The notes under the pieces were generated by a model. The model did no database searches, was not told the DNA's origin, and worked only from the letters and a program-made list of their open reading frames with translations. This document shows positions 9,642 to 20,116 of a DNA stretch of 60,364 bases, in pieces (within the stretch, counting starts at the first letter, position 1; each line of letters starts with the position of its first letter). Both the position numbers and the translations under genes were made by a program. The stretch is from Candidatus Saccharimonadota bacterium. Its GTDB lineage: Bacteria; Patescibacteriota; Saccharimonadia; Saccharimonadales; Saccharimonadaceae. Location: the NCBI GenBank assembly GCA_017964025.1, contig JAGCST010000003.1, forward strand, positions 1 to 60,364. The letters are read 5' to 3'.

Positions 9642-10060
9642 TAGATAGCTCCTAAATCTTTAAGTGCTTGTTTATAAATTTGCAAGGCATTATAAGCTTG
9701 TTTATAGCTAATTTCTAAGTCAGATTCGTGGGCTAAAGCGTTACGTAATTTATGAGCTCGCCACACCGCATTAAGATTCGAGAATCTTTCACCACATTTT
9801 TTCAACCTTTCTCCCATGGTTTTTCCTGGCACACCCATCTCGATTAAAGCTTTATCAAGTAATTTATCTGCCTCGATCACTGTAGTCATAAAAGTTGCCG
9901 CATTATGCTGATTTAATTTATTTTCAATCGCTAGGAATTTTGTTTGGTAAGTTTGCTTATTAAAAGTATATCCACGCTTGCCAGTTAGCAAAATTGCTAA
10001 AAAGACCAAGACCGCTACAATTAAAATTGAAATAATAAAAGTTACAACCCCACCATCCAT
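9641..10060 (-). CDS. Membrane-anchored hypothetical protein with HEPN-like RxxxxH motif
   Basis: N-terminal TM, IEADKLLD, RNALAH; 1-nt overlaps with gatA and gatB. Confidence 0.7.
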   Translation of the reverse strand: MDGGVVTFIISILIVAVLVFLAILLTGKRGYTFNKQTYQTKFLAIENKLNQHNAATFMTTVIEADKLLDKALIEMGVPGKTMGERLKKCGERFSNLNAVWRAHKLRNALAHESDLEISYKQAYNALQIYKQALKDLGAI

Positions 10061-11436
10061 TATTGAATCTCCTTTGCGAATTCAACTAAGTTTTTGTCAC
10101 TTCGCCTTGGCCCAACCAATTGTAAACCAAGCGATAATCCATCTTTGGTTTCTCCTGCTGGTATTGCCAAACCAGGTACACCGGCAAGATTTAGAGATAC
10201 GCTCATCACGTCTTCAAGATACATTGCTACTGGGTCATCAACTTTCTCGCCCAACTTAAAAGCAGGGTTTGGCGATACTGGCGTTAGAATAAAATCACAT
10301 TTCTTAAAAGCTTTTTCATATTCCTTTAAAATCAAAGTTCGTGCCTTAGCTGCTTTTAAGAAGTAAGCATCATAAAATCCAGAAGACAGCACAAAGTTAC
10401 CAATCATAATACGACGTTTATTTTCAGACATAAAACCTTCGTTACGAGTATTTTCATATAAAGAATCCAAATCCTTTGAGTCTTTTGAACGGAAACCATA
10501 TCTCACGCCATCATGTCGTGACAAATTTGAACAAAGCTCTGCTGGGACCAGAATGTAATATGCAGCTAACCCATATTTAAGTGCTGGCATTTTTAACTCT
10601 ACAATTTCATGACCTTTAGATTTTAAAAGCTCTACTTTTTTAGCGAGTGCTTTACGTAGTTCTGGATGGACTGAATTATTATCAAAGTCTTTGATAATAC
10701 CAATACGAGCCTTGGACACATTCATTTTTTTAGTGTCATTATAATAATCTGGTAATGTGGTCATATCTTTAGGATCTTGTCCTGAAGCAATCGACATCAA
10801 TAAATCCATATCTTCTGGAGTTTTAGTAAAGAAACCAATACAATCTGTCGACGAGGCCATTGCTACCACACCATAACGCGAAATTGTTCCATAGGTTGGT
10901 TTTAATCCGTAAATACCATTAAACGACGCCGGTTGGCGAATTGAGCCACCAGTATCCGTACCAGTTGCAAATTCCACAATATTAAGTGCTACAGCCACGG
11001 CAGATCCACCTGAAGAACCGCCCGCTACACGTGTTTTATCATGTGAATTTAAAGTTGGTCCATAATAGGAGTTTTCTGTCGACGAACCATGTGCAAATGC
11101 ATCTAAATTAGTGCGCCCAATCATGATCGCTCCTTCAGCTTCCAACTTAGCTACCGATGTTGCTGTAACTGGAGAATTAAAACCTTCTAAAATCAAAGCC
11201 GAAGCCGTTGTTTCACCCTCTGGGCTGAGAAAATTATCTTTCAAGGCGTATGGTACACCCGCTAAGCGCCCCACTTTTTCTCCTCGTTTAATTTTGGCGT
11301 CGATTTCGCGGGCTTTTTTAATCGCACCCTCTTCGTTTAGAAAAGTAAAAATATGGTAATCGGAAAAATGCTTCGCTTTATCAAGCGCATCTCGAACCAA
11401 TCTTTCAGCTGTAACTTTTTTATTGGCAATTTTCAT
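10060..11436 (-). CDS. gatA: Asp/Glu-tRNA amidotransferase subunit A
   Basis: Amidase signature GGSSGGSA and GTDTGGSIRQPAS. Confidence 0.97.
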   Translation of the reverse strand: MKIANKKVTAERLVRDALDKAKHFSDYHIFTFLNEEGAIKKAREIDAKIKRGEKVGRLAGVPYALKDNFLSPEGETTASALILEGFNSPVTATSVAKLEAEGAIMIGRTNLDAFAHGSSTENSYYGPTLNSHDKTRVAGGSSGGSAVAVALNIVEFATGTDTGGSIRQPASFNGIYGLKPTYGTISRYGVVAMASSTDCIGFFTKTPEDMDLLMSIASGQDPKDMTTLPDYYNDTKKMNVSKARIGIIKDFDNNSVHPELRKALAKKVELLKSKGHEIVELKMPALKYGLAAYYILVPAELCSNLSRHDGVRYGFRSKDSKDLDSLYENTRNEGFMSENKRRIMIGNFVLSSGFYDAYFLKAAKARTLILKEYEKAFKKCDFILTPVSPNPAFKLGEKVDDPVAMYLEDVMSVSLNLAGVPGLAIPAGETKDGLSLGLQLVGPRRSDKNLVEFAKEIQ

Positions 11437-11720
11437 AATACTTTAGGTACCTTTATTTGATTATCTTTTGCTTCTTTGGTTAAATCTAGTAATGCTTCCC
11501 TATCCGCTTCCTGTGGTAAAATTTCATCATCTCGCCAAACATTTTCCATTTCAAATACTTGATAAGTTGGTTCAACATCATCAGCTTTCAACTCATCAAG
11601 TTGCGAAATATATTTAATAATGTCTTGTAAATCATGTCCTAATGAGTCAATCTCTGATTCATTTAACCGGAAATTTGACAAAGATGCCAAATGTATAATA
11701 TCCTCGCGTTTTATATTCAT
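11433..11720 (-). CDS. gatC: Asp/Glu-tRNA amidotransferase subunit C
   Basis: 95 aa, HLASLS...IKVPKVL, upstream of gatA; leaderless (TGTTATAAT-6 nt-ATG). Confidence 0.93.
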   Translation of the reverse strand: MNIKREDIIHLASLSNFRLNESEIDSLGHDLQDIIKYISQLDELKADDVEPTYQVFEMENVWRDDEILPQEADREALLDLTKEAKDNQIKVPKVL

Positions 11721-11737
11721 ACAGACATTATAACACT

Positions 11738-13378
11738 TTATTTTATGTTTCTAAAGAGAATTTTCTTAAAATATTGAAAAATCGGCAAAGCTTCTTTTAG
11801 ATTCAAAAAATAACTTGCTAAAAGATATGATGTACCTGAAATCGCTGTGATTAATAAGAATTTCGGTATCGTGATAACGAGAGATGTATCAGTTACCATC
11901 AAAGGTATAAATTTGGTCATCGAAAAAGCTACACATCCAGTCACAATCGTTGCGAATATCATCCTAAATATTGCGCGCCAAAATGCCTTATCAAGCAACT
12001 CACCACGAGAACGTTTTTGTAGTATATATAACAATATAATAATTTCTACAATTGCGCCAATCGACTGGGACATACCTAACCCATCTACTCCCCAACCTAG
12101 GTGATAAAACCAAACCGACATTGCAATCGTCAGACCAATTGCAAAAATTGAAACAACAAATGGTGTCTTTGTATCTTGATAAGCGTAGAAACCTCGTGAA
12201 GCAATATGAAAAATTGAACGAGCAAAAATCGCAATACAGAGAGTTCCAAGAATTGACGCAATGGTGCCGTTACTATCATTGTTGCCGATGTTTGAAATAA
12301 AGCTAGTAACATAACCACGTCCAAAGAACGCAATTATGGATACAGGTAAAGAAATCCAAGTGATTGTGCGTAAAGCTTGGCGGAAAGTATTATTAAATTC
12401 CTTCTTATCGCCATTTCCTAATTCCTCGGTTAATTTAGGAAAAAATGCCGTTGAAATTGCTACGCCAATTAAATTTACTGGCATTTGATGTAAAGCCGAA
12501 GCCTGATTAAACGAACGTACAGCTCCAACTCCCATACGCGACGACAAATTGGTATTTACTATACCATTAATATAATCAATTCCCTGATCTAACGATCTTG
12601 CTGGCAGAAGTTTTAATATTGAGCGAAATCCCTGATTGCGCCAATAAATTTTAAATTCATAATCCATACCTAGACCAAACAACCCAATCAGGGAGACAAT
12701 TAATTGCATAATAGCACCCAATATCACGCCAAGCGCTACTCCCATAATCCCGCCTTCGAAAATTTGGATACCAAACAAATTAATTCCGCCTGTAAACCAA
12801 GTAATACCAATAATAATACCTATATTATATATAGCTGGTGCGAAAGCATAAAATACGAATCTTCCAACCGCCTGCTGAATTGAAGTAATTACTGTTGCGA
12901 TTGAAAACAAGAAAGGGTTCATCGCAATTACACGAGTCATATTAATGGCTAGTACCATGCCAGATTCATCTAGCCCTGGGCTCACTACATAGCGAATCAA
13001 TGGATCTGCAAAAATCATAATTAATACGCTAGAAATTAATGTTAAAATCGCCAACAAATTAATCAATGATGAGGAAAGTTCCCATGCAGATTTTTTATTA
13101 CCAGAGGCTAATCTTTGGTTAAAAACTGGGATAAAAGAAACCGCTAGTGCCCCACTAGTTAAGATAAAAAACATAAAATCCGGAATTGTGAAAGCTGCCG
13201 TGTAAGCATCAATCCCAGTTGGATAAGTACCCAGATAATAAGAATTTAATAAACGATCTCGAAATAACCCCAGTAGAGCTGAAATCAAAGTTGAAGAAGC
13301 TAATACAATCGCCGCTGATTTTACTGACAACTTAATATTTGCCAGTGCTACAACTGATTTAAATTTAAACTTCCGCAT
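11738..13378 (-). CDS. murJ: Lipid II flippase MurJ
   Basis: LGLFRDRLL, DAYTAAFTIPD, FYAYQDTKTP, many TM helices. Start moved to ATG at 13378. Confidence 0.92.
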   Translation of the reverse strand: MRKFKFKSVVALANIKLSVKSAAIVLASSTLISALLGLFRDRLLNSYYLGTYPTGIDAYTAAFTIPDFMFFILTSGALAVSFIPVFNQRLASGNKKSAWELSSSLINLLAILTLISSVLIMIFADPLIRYVVSPGLDESGMVLAINMTRVIAMNPFLFSIATVITSIQQAVGRFVFYAFAPAIYNIGIIIGITWFTGGINLFGIQIFEGGIMGVALGVILGAIMQLIVSLIGLFGLGMDYEFKIYWRNQGFRSILKLLPARSLDQGIDYINGIVNTNLSSRMGVGAVRSFNQASALHQMPVNLIGVAISTAFFPKLTEELGNGDKKEFNNTFRQALRTITWISLPVSIIAFFGRGYVTSFISNIGNNDSNGTIASILGTLCIAIFARSIFHIASRGFYAYQDTKTPFVVSIFAIGLTIAMSVWFYHLGWGVDGLGMSQSIGAIVEIIILLYILQKRSRGELLDKAFWRAIFRMIFATIVTGCVAFSMTKFIPLMVTDTSLVITIPKFLLITAISGTSYLLASYFLNLKEALPIFQYFKKILFRNIK

Positions 13379-13495
13379 ATATATAATAATAACACATAAA
13401 ATATTTTTTTCGTGCCAACGAATGTTCATTATATTAGCAAAAATCATCAAAACGAAATTTTTATGTTTTTCAAAAAATTAGTGTATAATAAATAC

Positions 13496-16213
13496 ATGAC
13501 TAAGAAAAAATCGGAGGTGATTTTGCCGTCTAAGAAGAAAAAAGTAAAATCATCGAAAAAAACTGCGAAATCTAATATGAATTTATATTCGAGCTTAAGC
13601 TATAAGCATCGATCTAAGAAGGAGGCCAATTCTAGGCGTCGTGCTGAAGAACTTGCCAAACTTCCAAAGGAACCAGTTAAACGTTTCTTTGCTCGACTTC
13701 ATCCAAAACGGGTTTTTAAATGGTGGTTTTCTTGGCGTGGGCAAAAGGCTATTCTCAAATTCTTTGCAGCTTGTTTCCTTATATTGGTCATATTTATTGG
13801 TGGACTATTTCTCTATTATAAAAAAGATCTTGATGAAATTCGTCTTGATGAAATGTCTATTTCCGAAACCGTTAACACCTACCTTGATCGCAATGGCGAG
13901 TTACTTTGGAAGGATACTGGCAACGAAGACTATCGCTTGGTAGTCGATGCGGAAGATATTTCGGAATATATGTACAAAGCTACCGTAGCCATTGAGGATA
14001 AAAATTTCTATAATCATGCTGGTGTTGATTTTGGTGCCCTGGTTCGTGCCACTTTTTCTACTCTAGGTGGTCATGGTGTTCAAGGCGGTTCAACATTGAC
14101 TCAACAATTAATTAAACAAGTTTACTTCTCTGATGAAGCTGCTAGCGCAAACCGTGGTGGTCTAACTCGTAAAATTAAGGAGTTGATTTTAGCTATTGAG
14201 CTTGAAAAAATGTATAGCAAGGATCAAATTCTTACTATGTACCTCAATCAGTCACCTTATGGTGGTCGTCGTAATGGCGTAGAATCTGCTGCGCAAACTT
14301 ATTTTGGTAAACATGCTAAAGAACTTAATCTCGCCGAATCGGCTTTGTTGGCTGCCATACCAAATAACCCAGGTGTCCTTAACCCATATAATACTTACGG
14401 CAACGAAATGTTGATTAGCCGACAGCATAAAGTATTAGATGATATGGTCACAATGCAATATATTACTGAGGATGAAGCTAAAGAAGCTAAAGAAGTAGCC
14501 ATTCTTGATACTATTAAGCCGGAATCTAGCCAATATGCTGATATGCTTGCTCCGCATTTTGTACTTGAAGTTAAAAAACAACTTGAAGACAAATATGGCA
14601 TTCAAACTATGCGTGCCGGTGGTTGGACTATTAAAACTACGCTAGATTTACGTGCACAAAAGATTGCTGAAGACGCCGTAGCAGTCGGTGCCAGTCACAC
14701 TTACAAAAATCACAGTGATGATATAGCATTAGTTTCAGTAGATGTTGAAACATCACAAGTTGTAGCTATGGTTGGTTCCATTGACTTCTTTAACGAAACT
14801 TATGGTGAGCTTAATGCCACTACAGATTCTGTCATTGAACCAGGCTCATCTATTAAGCCAATTTTAGACTACGCTCCATTATTTATGCAACGTGATGGCA
14901 TTAATTATGGGCCAGGTTCCGTCTTAAAAGATGAAAACATCAATCGTTTATATTGTGCTGGTTATTCTGGTAGTTGTTCTCTTACTAATGCTACTGGCTC
15001 GTTTTATGGTAATGTAACAATTCGTTTCTCACTGGGACATTCCCTAAACATTGCTGCAGTTAAAGCTCTATATATTAATGGTATCGATAATTCTCTTGAG
15101 ATTGCCCATGCTCTTGGCGATAAAGCTTACTGTGAAGGTCGCGATAGCTATGGTCTCTCCATTGCGATTGGTTCTGGTTGTGGTGTTAAAATGGTTGAAC
15201 ATGCCAACGCATACGCTTCAATCGCTCGTGGCGGTGCGTATAAAGATTTGGCCTATGTTCTAGAACTTAAAAATTCTTCAGGCAATGTAATTGAATCATG
15301 GGACGACAAAGAAGGCAAACAAGTGGTTGATGAGCAAGTGGCCTATATGATTTCAAATATCCTTAGTGACGGTAGCGCTCGTTTCGGTATTTATGCCCCA
15401 GGTGGTTCACAAAGTGCTGGTTATGCCATTCCTGGTGTTTGGACCGCTACAAAGACCGGTACTACTACTACAGCTAACTCTGCTGTTACTAAAGACTCTC
15501 TCATGGAAAGCTACTCTACTGCCGTTTCAACTTTAGTTTGGAATGGTAACCATGACGGTAGTGGTCTAACTTCCAATACTCATGATATTGCTCGTTATAC
15601 TATTGCTGAGTATATGGGACGTGTTCATGGTGAAGTTTATGAACCAGATGGTCGCTGGCATCCAGGTGATCAACCAGCCAGACCATCAGGCATTCAGACA
15701 CTTACAGTTAATGGTAAGACTGATATTTGGCCAAGTTGGTTTAACGCTTCTAAGAACTCCGGAGTTTCAAAAGAAACACTTACCTTTAATCGTTATAATC
15801 ATTTATTAGCTGCAGATTGTACACCTGAAGATCAAAAGATTCAAGTCGAAGTTACTAAAGTTATTGATCCGATGACTGGGAATTCTGTCTACAATGTACC
15901 AGAACCATACAATCGTGACACTAAGGACACATGCGATTATAAACCGCCTCAGCTTTCACTTTCAACTAGTGGTAATAATATTATTGCTACTATCCGTCGT
16001 GGTAGTTACGATATTGCAGGATACACTTTATATGTAAATGGCGTTGAACAAAGTGGCATTTCACTTAGCGGAAATGGCGTGATTAGAGGATACACTCTGA
16101 AGCCATCTGACAAGAGCGTTAAGTTTGTCATCACTGATACAGCTGGTTATTCTGCTACTAGCGAAATTACGGTTTCAGTTAAACCGACAGTAGATGACAA
16201 CGAAGAAGAATAA
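13496..16213 (+). CDS. Class A penicillin-binding protein (transglycosylase + transpeptidase)
   Basis: AIEDKNFY, QGGSTLTQQLIK, RKIKE; SxxK (SSIK), SLN, KTG. Start moved to ATG at 13496 (TATAAT-6 nt-ATG). Confidence 0.95.
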   Translation: MTKKKSEVILPSKKKKVKSSKKTAKSNMNLYSSLSYKHRSKKEANSRRRAEELAKLPKEPVKRFFARLHPKRVFKWWFSWRGQKAILKFFAACFLILVIFIGGLFLYYKKDLDEIRLDEMSISETVNTYLDRNGELLWKDTGNEDYRLVVDAEDISEYMYKATVAIEDKNFYNHAGVDFGALVRATFSTLGGHGVQGGSTLTQQLIKQVYFSDEAASANRGGLTRKIKELILAIELEKMYSKDQILTMYLNQSPYGGRRNGVESAAQTYFGKHAKELNLAESALLAAIPNNPGVLNPYNTYGNEMLISRQHKVLDDMVTMQYITEDEAKEAKEVAILDTIKPESSQYADMLAPHFVLEVKKQLEDKYGIQTMRAGGWTIKTTLDLRAQKIAEDAVAVGASHTYKNHSDDIALVSVDVETSQVVAMVGSIDFFNETYGELNATTDSVIEPGSSIKPILDYAPLFMQRDGINYGPGSVLKDENINRLYCAGYSGSCSLTNATGSFYGNVTIRFSLGHSLNIAAVKALYINGIDNSLEIAHALGDKAYCEGRDSYGLSIAIGSGCGVKMVEHANAYASIARGGAYKDLAYVLELKNSSGNVIESWDDKEGKQVVDEQVAYMISNILSDGSARFGIYAPGGSQSAGYAIPGVWTATKTGTTTTANSAVTKDSLMESYSTAVSTLVWNGNHDGSGLTSNTHDIARYTIAEYMGRVHGEVYEPDGRWHPGDQPARPSGIQTLTVNGKTDIWPSWFNASKNSGVSKETLTFNRYNHLLAADCTPEDQKIQVEVTKVIDPMTGNSVYNVPEPYNRDTKDTCDYKPPQLSLSTSGNNIIATIRRGSYDIAGYTLYVNGVEQSGISLSGNGVIRGYTLKPSDKSVKFVITDTAGYSATSEITVSVKPTVDDNEEE

Positions 16214-16897
16214 TTATTTACGCACAATTTTGGCAAAGATCATTTTACCAGATGAAGTTTCATGAAATCTTACGAATTCTACGGTTAATTCTTTGCCAAT
16301 TTTGTTAGCAGCTTTTTCTACTACTACCATGGTACCATTTTGCAAATGTCCTATACCTTGTCCACGGTTAGAGCCTTTTTCGGTAATTTTTAACTTCATT
16401 TTCTCACCAGGCAGAAATTCAGTTCTCACTGCCAGTGCTAATTCATTCACATTTAAAGCTATAATTTTTTCTGCCTCAGCTACTTTTATTAAATTATAAT
16501 CAATTGTCAAAATAGCACCTTTGTTAATTTTTGCATATTTCAGCAATTGCTCATCAACTTTTTTATTTCCTTCTCCGTCATCGATTATTTCAGTGTTTAC
16601 TTCTACTACTCTTTCTAATTCTGCTACATTATTGAGCCCAATACGCGCTCGGTTACGCTTTTCGTTATCTTTACCGTCAGCCAGTAATTGCAATTCCTTT
16701 AATACACTTTTTAAAATAATTAAATCTCCATCTATAAAACCAGTTCTAGCGATATTTAAAATTCTCCCATCAATTAAAACAGAAGTATCTACATAAATTT
16801 TGCGAGCAGTACTACGTAGCGGCTTATATTTATGTATCACCAAAAAACTGGTTTCCGCCAAAATCATTAACGCTACTATTAAAATAAATAATTCCAT
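16214..16897 (-). CDS. Membrane-anchored PIN/TRAM domain protein (YacL-like)
   Basis: YVDTSVLIDGRI, LKELQLLAD, QGIGHLQNGTMVVVE. Confidence 0.9.
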   Translation of the reverse strand: MELFILIVALMILAETSFLVIHKYKPLRSTARKIYVDTSVLIDGRILNIARTGFIDGDLIILKSVLKELQLLADGKDNEKRNRARIGLNNVAELERVVEVNTEIIDDGEGNKKVDEQLLKYAKINKGAILTIDYNLIKVAEAEKIIALNVNELALAVRTEFLPGEKMKLKITEKGSNRGQGIGHLQNGTMVVVEKAANKIGKELTVEFVRFHETSSGKMIFAKIVRK

Positions 16898-16904
16898 AAC
16901 ATAG

Positions 16905-18077
16905 CTATTTTATCAAATCTTCACCATATTGAATAGCATGTAAATGATTTTGTGAGAGTACAGCCTCATATTTTGACACTAAATCGTCTCGCCCGTAGAC
17001 TTTAGCAACATCAATTGCAATGTCATATCTCGATGCTGCATTCCTACGTAACATTTCAAATGGAGTTGTCGTTGAACCTTCTTCATTAAAACCATGCACG
17101 CGTAACCTACGTCTTTCAGTATAATTTTCCAAAATAGTCTCCAATGTTTCAGGATAACCATGAAAATTCGCCAAAATTGGCTTATCTTTAGTGAATATTT
17201 CATCAAATTTTTCTTGGGACAATTTGTTATTTACAGCTCCAATTGCACGATAAGACAATATATTAATATTTGCAAATCTTAACTTAATTTCAGGTATATC
17301 ACGTTGGATAATCTTTATTGCTTCAATTGTTTCATATGCCACAATATCACCAGCTGCTACTAATACAAAATCCGGATTTTCATCCGAAATAGAATCAAAT
17401 ATTGAAACTCCACCATTCTCAAACTGAAACTTCGCATGCTCTGCATCTATATAACGAGGACGATAATTTTTATCAAATGTTGTAATATTTACAACATTTT
17501 GAGAATTTATCATAAAATTATATGCTTCTTCTGCCGCTATATCATCAATTGGAAAAATACAATTTGTTAGATTGGACGGTACCGCAAGAAGTTGTGAAAT
17601 TAAAGCTGGCGATTGGTGTGTGAAACCATTATGATCTTGTCGCCAACAAGTTGAAGTTGATAGTAAATTTACTGCTGGCAAAGGTTCTCGCCATGATACC
17701 GACTGAGATTGTTTTATAAATTTTATCTGTTGCAATAATTGTGAGGTAATCACCGAGAAAAATGCTTCATAACTCCCCATTATAGCTTTTTCCCCATTCG
17801 AGAGATGACCAGTCATGAGTGAAAATAACACATTCTCTGACAACATTTCTATTATACGTCCGTTAGCTGATTCCGGTAAATCCCAAGGCTTAATAGGCAT
17901 ATCACCCCAAGCTCGTTTTTCAACTTCAAATATCTCATCAAATTTGTTTGAAGTGGTCTCGTCCGGTGAGAAGAAATAAAAATGAGGATCTTTTTTGAAT
18001 TCAGCAGCTAACAGATTGCCGATTTTTTCAGCAGATGAATATAATTCCGTATCCGGGTTCTTCACTTTATTGAACAT
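16905..18077 (-). CDS. Phosphoketolase, C-terminal subunit
   Basis: FSPDETTSN, EMLSE, SYEAF, WRQDHNGFTHQSP, FHGYP, EEGSTTTPF. ATG at 18077 with SD AAAGGA. Confidence 0.88.
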   Translation of the reverse strand: MFNKVKNPDTELYSSAEKIGNLLAAEFKKDPHFYFFSPDETTSNKFDEIFEVEKRAWGDMPIKPWDLPESANGRIIEMLSENVLFSLMTGHLSNGEKAIMGSYEAFFSVITSQLLQQIKFIKQSQSVSWREPLPAVNLLSTSTCWRQDHNGFTHQSPALISQLLAVPSNLTNCIFPIDDIAAEEAYNFMINSQNVVNITTFDKNYRPRYIDAEHAKFQFENGGVSIFDSISDENPDFVLVAAGDIVAYETIEAIKIIQRDIPEIKLRFANINILSYRAIGAVNNKLSQEKFDEIFTKDKPILANFHGYPETLETILENYTERRRLRVHGFNEEGSTTTPFEMLRRNAASRYDIAIDVAKVYGRDDLVSKYEAVLSQNHLHAIQYGEDLIK

Positions 18078-19011
18078 TTTCTTGTTCCTTTCCAAAAAGT
18101 ACAGCTAGAAATTCTTCTGGTCGGTAACTTCGCAACCACTCCTCCAAAATTTTTAGTTCGTTCGTATCAGTCTTAGGATTTTTTAACGGTATTTGATGTG
18201 CCATATGATAACGGTTCGGTCCACCATATCCTTTTTCAGTTTTTAAAATATAAAACGGTGTAATCTCTTCTGTGTTGAGAGCCTTTCTAAAATCTTCTGC
18301 ATTACCTCCATTAATCCAAATAGGAGTAAACCCAAATCCACGTATCAATTCATTTAATTCCCGTTCTGATTTACGACCATAAATAGTAGGTCCCGAAATT
18401 TTGTAGCCATTTAAATGTAAAATCGGCAAAACTTTACCATTGTTATTTCCGTTTAACAGATTTTTTAAGTTCAAGGAATCAATCGCAGTGGCAGTTTCCA
18501 ATTCCCCATCACCAATTAAAACTGCAATAGTTTTTTCAGGATGACCTAAACATTTTCCGTAAGCATTAGCTAGAGCATAACCAAGTTCACCACCTTCAGT
18601 AATTACGCCCGGAGTAATTGGACTAGCATGGCTCGGAAAGCCATCTGGCCAAGAAAAATTTCGACAAATATAATTAAGCCCTTCTTCATCTACAGTAGCC
18701 TTTGGGTCAATCTTAGCTAACTCGCCATCTAACCACAAATTAGCGTTCAACGCTGGGAAACCATGCCCTGGACCCAATACAAAACTAAAATCCGTATCAT
18801 TCTTAAAATAATTTTTTAAATTTGCATATGCTACATTGATACCATGGCAAGTCCCCCAGTGACCTAATAACCTCGGCTTAATATCATCATACGTTAATTC
18901 TCTCTTTAACAAAAAATTATCCTGCAAAAACAATTGCGCTACAACCAAAAAATCACAAATTCGTATACGTCTTTTTATTTCTTCAATTTCCGCAATTCCC
19001 ACCGCGCTCAT
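18067..19011 (-). CDS. Phosphoketolase, N-terminal (TPP-binding) subunit
   Basis: RLLGHWGT, GPGHG, FPSH, EGGELGYAL, GDGELET, LPILHLNGYKI, HQIP. Confidence 0.9.
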   Translation of the reverse strand: MSAVGIAEIEEIKRRIRICDFLVVAQLFLQDNFLLKRELTYDDIKPRLLGHWGTCHGINVAYANLKNYFKNDTDFSFVLGPGHGFPALNANLWLDGELAKIDPKATVDEEGLNYICRNFSWPDGFPSHASPITPGVITEGGELGYALANAYGKCLGHPEKTIAVLIGDGELETATAIDSLNLKNLLNGNNNGKVLPILHLNGYKISGPTIYGRKSERELNELIRGFGFTPIWINGGNAEDFRKALNTEEITPFYILKTEKGYGGPNRYHMAHQIPLKNPKTDTNELKILEEWLRSYRPEEFLAVLFGKEQENVQ

Positions 19012-19117
19012 ACTATTATATTACCATAATCATTATAGAAAAACAAAGCTACTCTTTTGTTATAATTTTTACCATATTCATTATACATCTATATTGAATG
19101 TGCTATAATATGCAAAT

Positions 19118-20116
19118 ATGTTGGTGTCAGATTATAATTATAATTTACCAGAGGAACGTATTGCTAAATACCCACCCAAGGAGCGTGGTTCCACGCGCTT
19201 ATTAGCCCTGGATCGTCAAACTGGTGAAATTACAGATTCTTATTATCGTGATTTAGCAGATTTTTTAAATCCTGGTGACGTGTTAGTTTTAAATGATACT
19301 CGCGTTATGCAGTCTCGTTTATTTTGTGAACTTTCCGATGGCCGCAAACGCGAACTTGTAGTACTAGAAAAACATGGTAACGAACCTCAACGTGTGATGT
19401 ACCGTGGTAAACTCCATGATGGCGATATTTTGTTTATTAAAAATAACAAAATTACTATTACCAAAATTCTAGGCAATGGTATTGCTGAAGTAAAATCTGA
19501 AATAAATTTAAATAAACTAACTGAAAATTATGGCACAGTTCCTCTGCCTCCATATTTACATCGTGATGCTACTGAAGCTGATAAAAAACGCTATCAGACA
19601 GTTTGGGCTAAGCACATGGGTTCTGCGGCGGCTCCTACCGCTAGCCTTAATATGACAGACGTATTACTAGAGAAACTTCATCAAAAAGGTATAATTATTA
19701 AATATCTCACTCTTCATGTTGGTTTAGGTACATTTCTCCCGATTCGTAGTGACAATGTCGAAGATCATAAGATGCATTCGGAATGGTTCCATATTCCAGA
19801 AGAGACCATTGATGCTATTGAACTTGCTAAAAAATCTAATCATAGAGTCATATCTCTTGGTACTACCGTTGCAAGAACTTTAGAATACTATGGTAAAACT
19901 GGCAAAACTGAAGGCGAGGACGACATCTTTATTTATCCAGGATTTAAGTTTAGAGTTATTGATGCTCTACTCACCAATTATCATGCTCCTAAATCAACAG
20001 TGTTAATGCTTACAGCCGCTTTTGCCGGCTGGGATCATTTAAAAATTGCCTATGATCATGCCGTTGAATCAAAATACAATTTTCTAAGCTACGGCGACTC
20101 GATGTTTATATATTAA
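19118..20116 (+). CDS. queA: SAM:tRNA ribosyltransferase-isomerase
   Basis: [40 protein letters not shown]. Confidence 0.95.
   Translation: MLVSDYNYNLPEERIAKYPPKERGSTRLLALDRQTGEITDSYYRDLADFLNPGDVLVLNDTRVMQSRLFCELSDGRKRELVVLEKHGNEPQRVMYRGKLHDGDILFIKNNKITITKILGNGIAEVKSEINLNKLTENYGTVPLPPYLHRDATEADKKRYQTVWAKHMGSAAAPTASLNMTDVLLEKLHQKGIIIKYLTLHVGLGTFLPIRSDNVEDHKMHSEWFHIPEETIDAIELAKKSNHRVISLGTTVARTLEYYGKTGKTEGEDDIFIYPGFKFRVIDALLTNYHAPKSTVLMLTAAFAGWDHLKIAYDHAVESKYNFLSYGDSMFIY

Noticed and set aside
18067-18095. Phosphoketolase as a frameshifted pseudogene
   Set aside because: The second ORF has its own SD and ATG and both halves keep their motifs; not fully excluded without reads.
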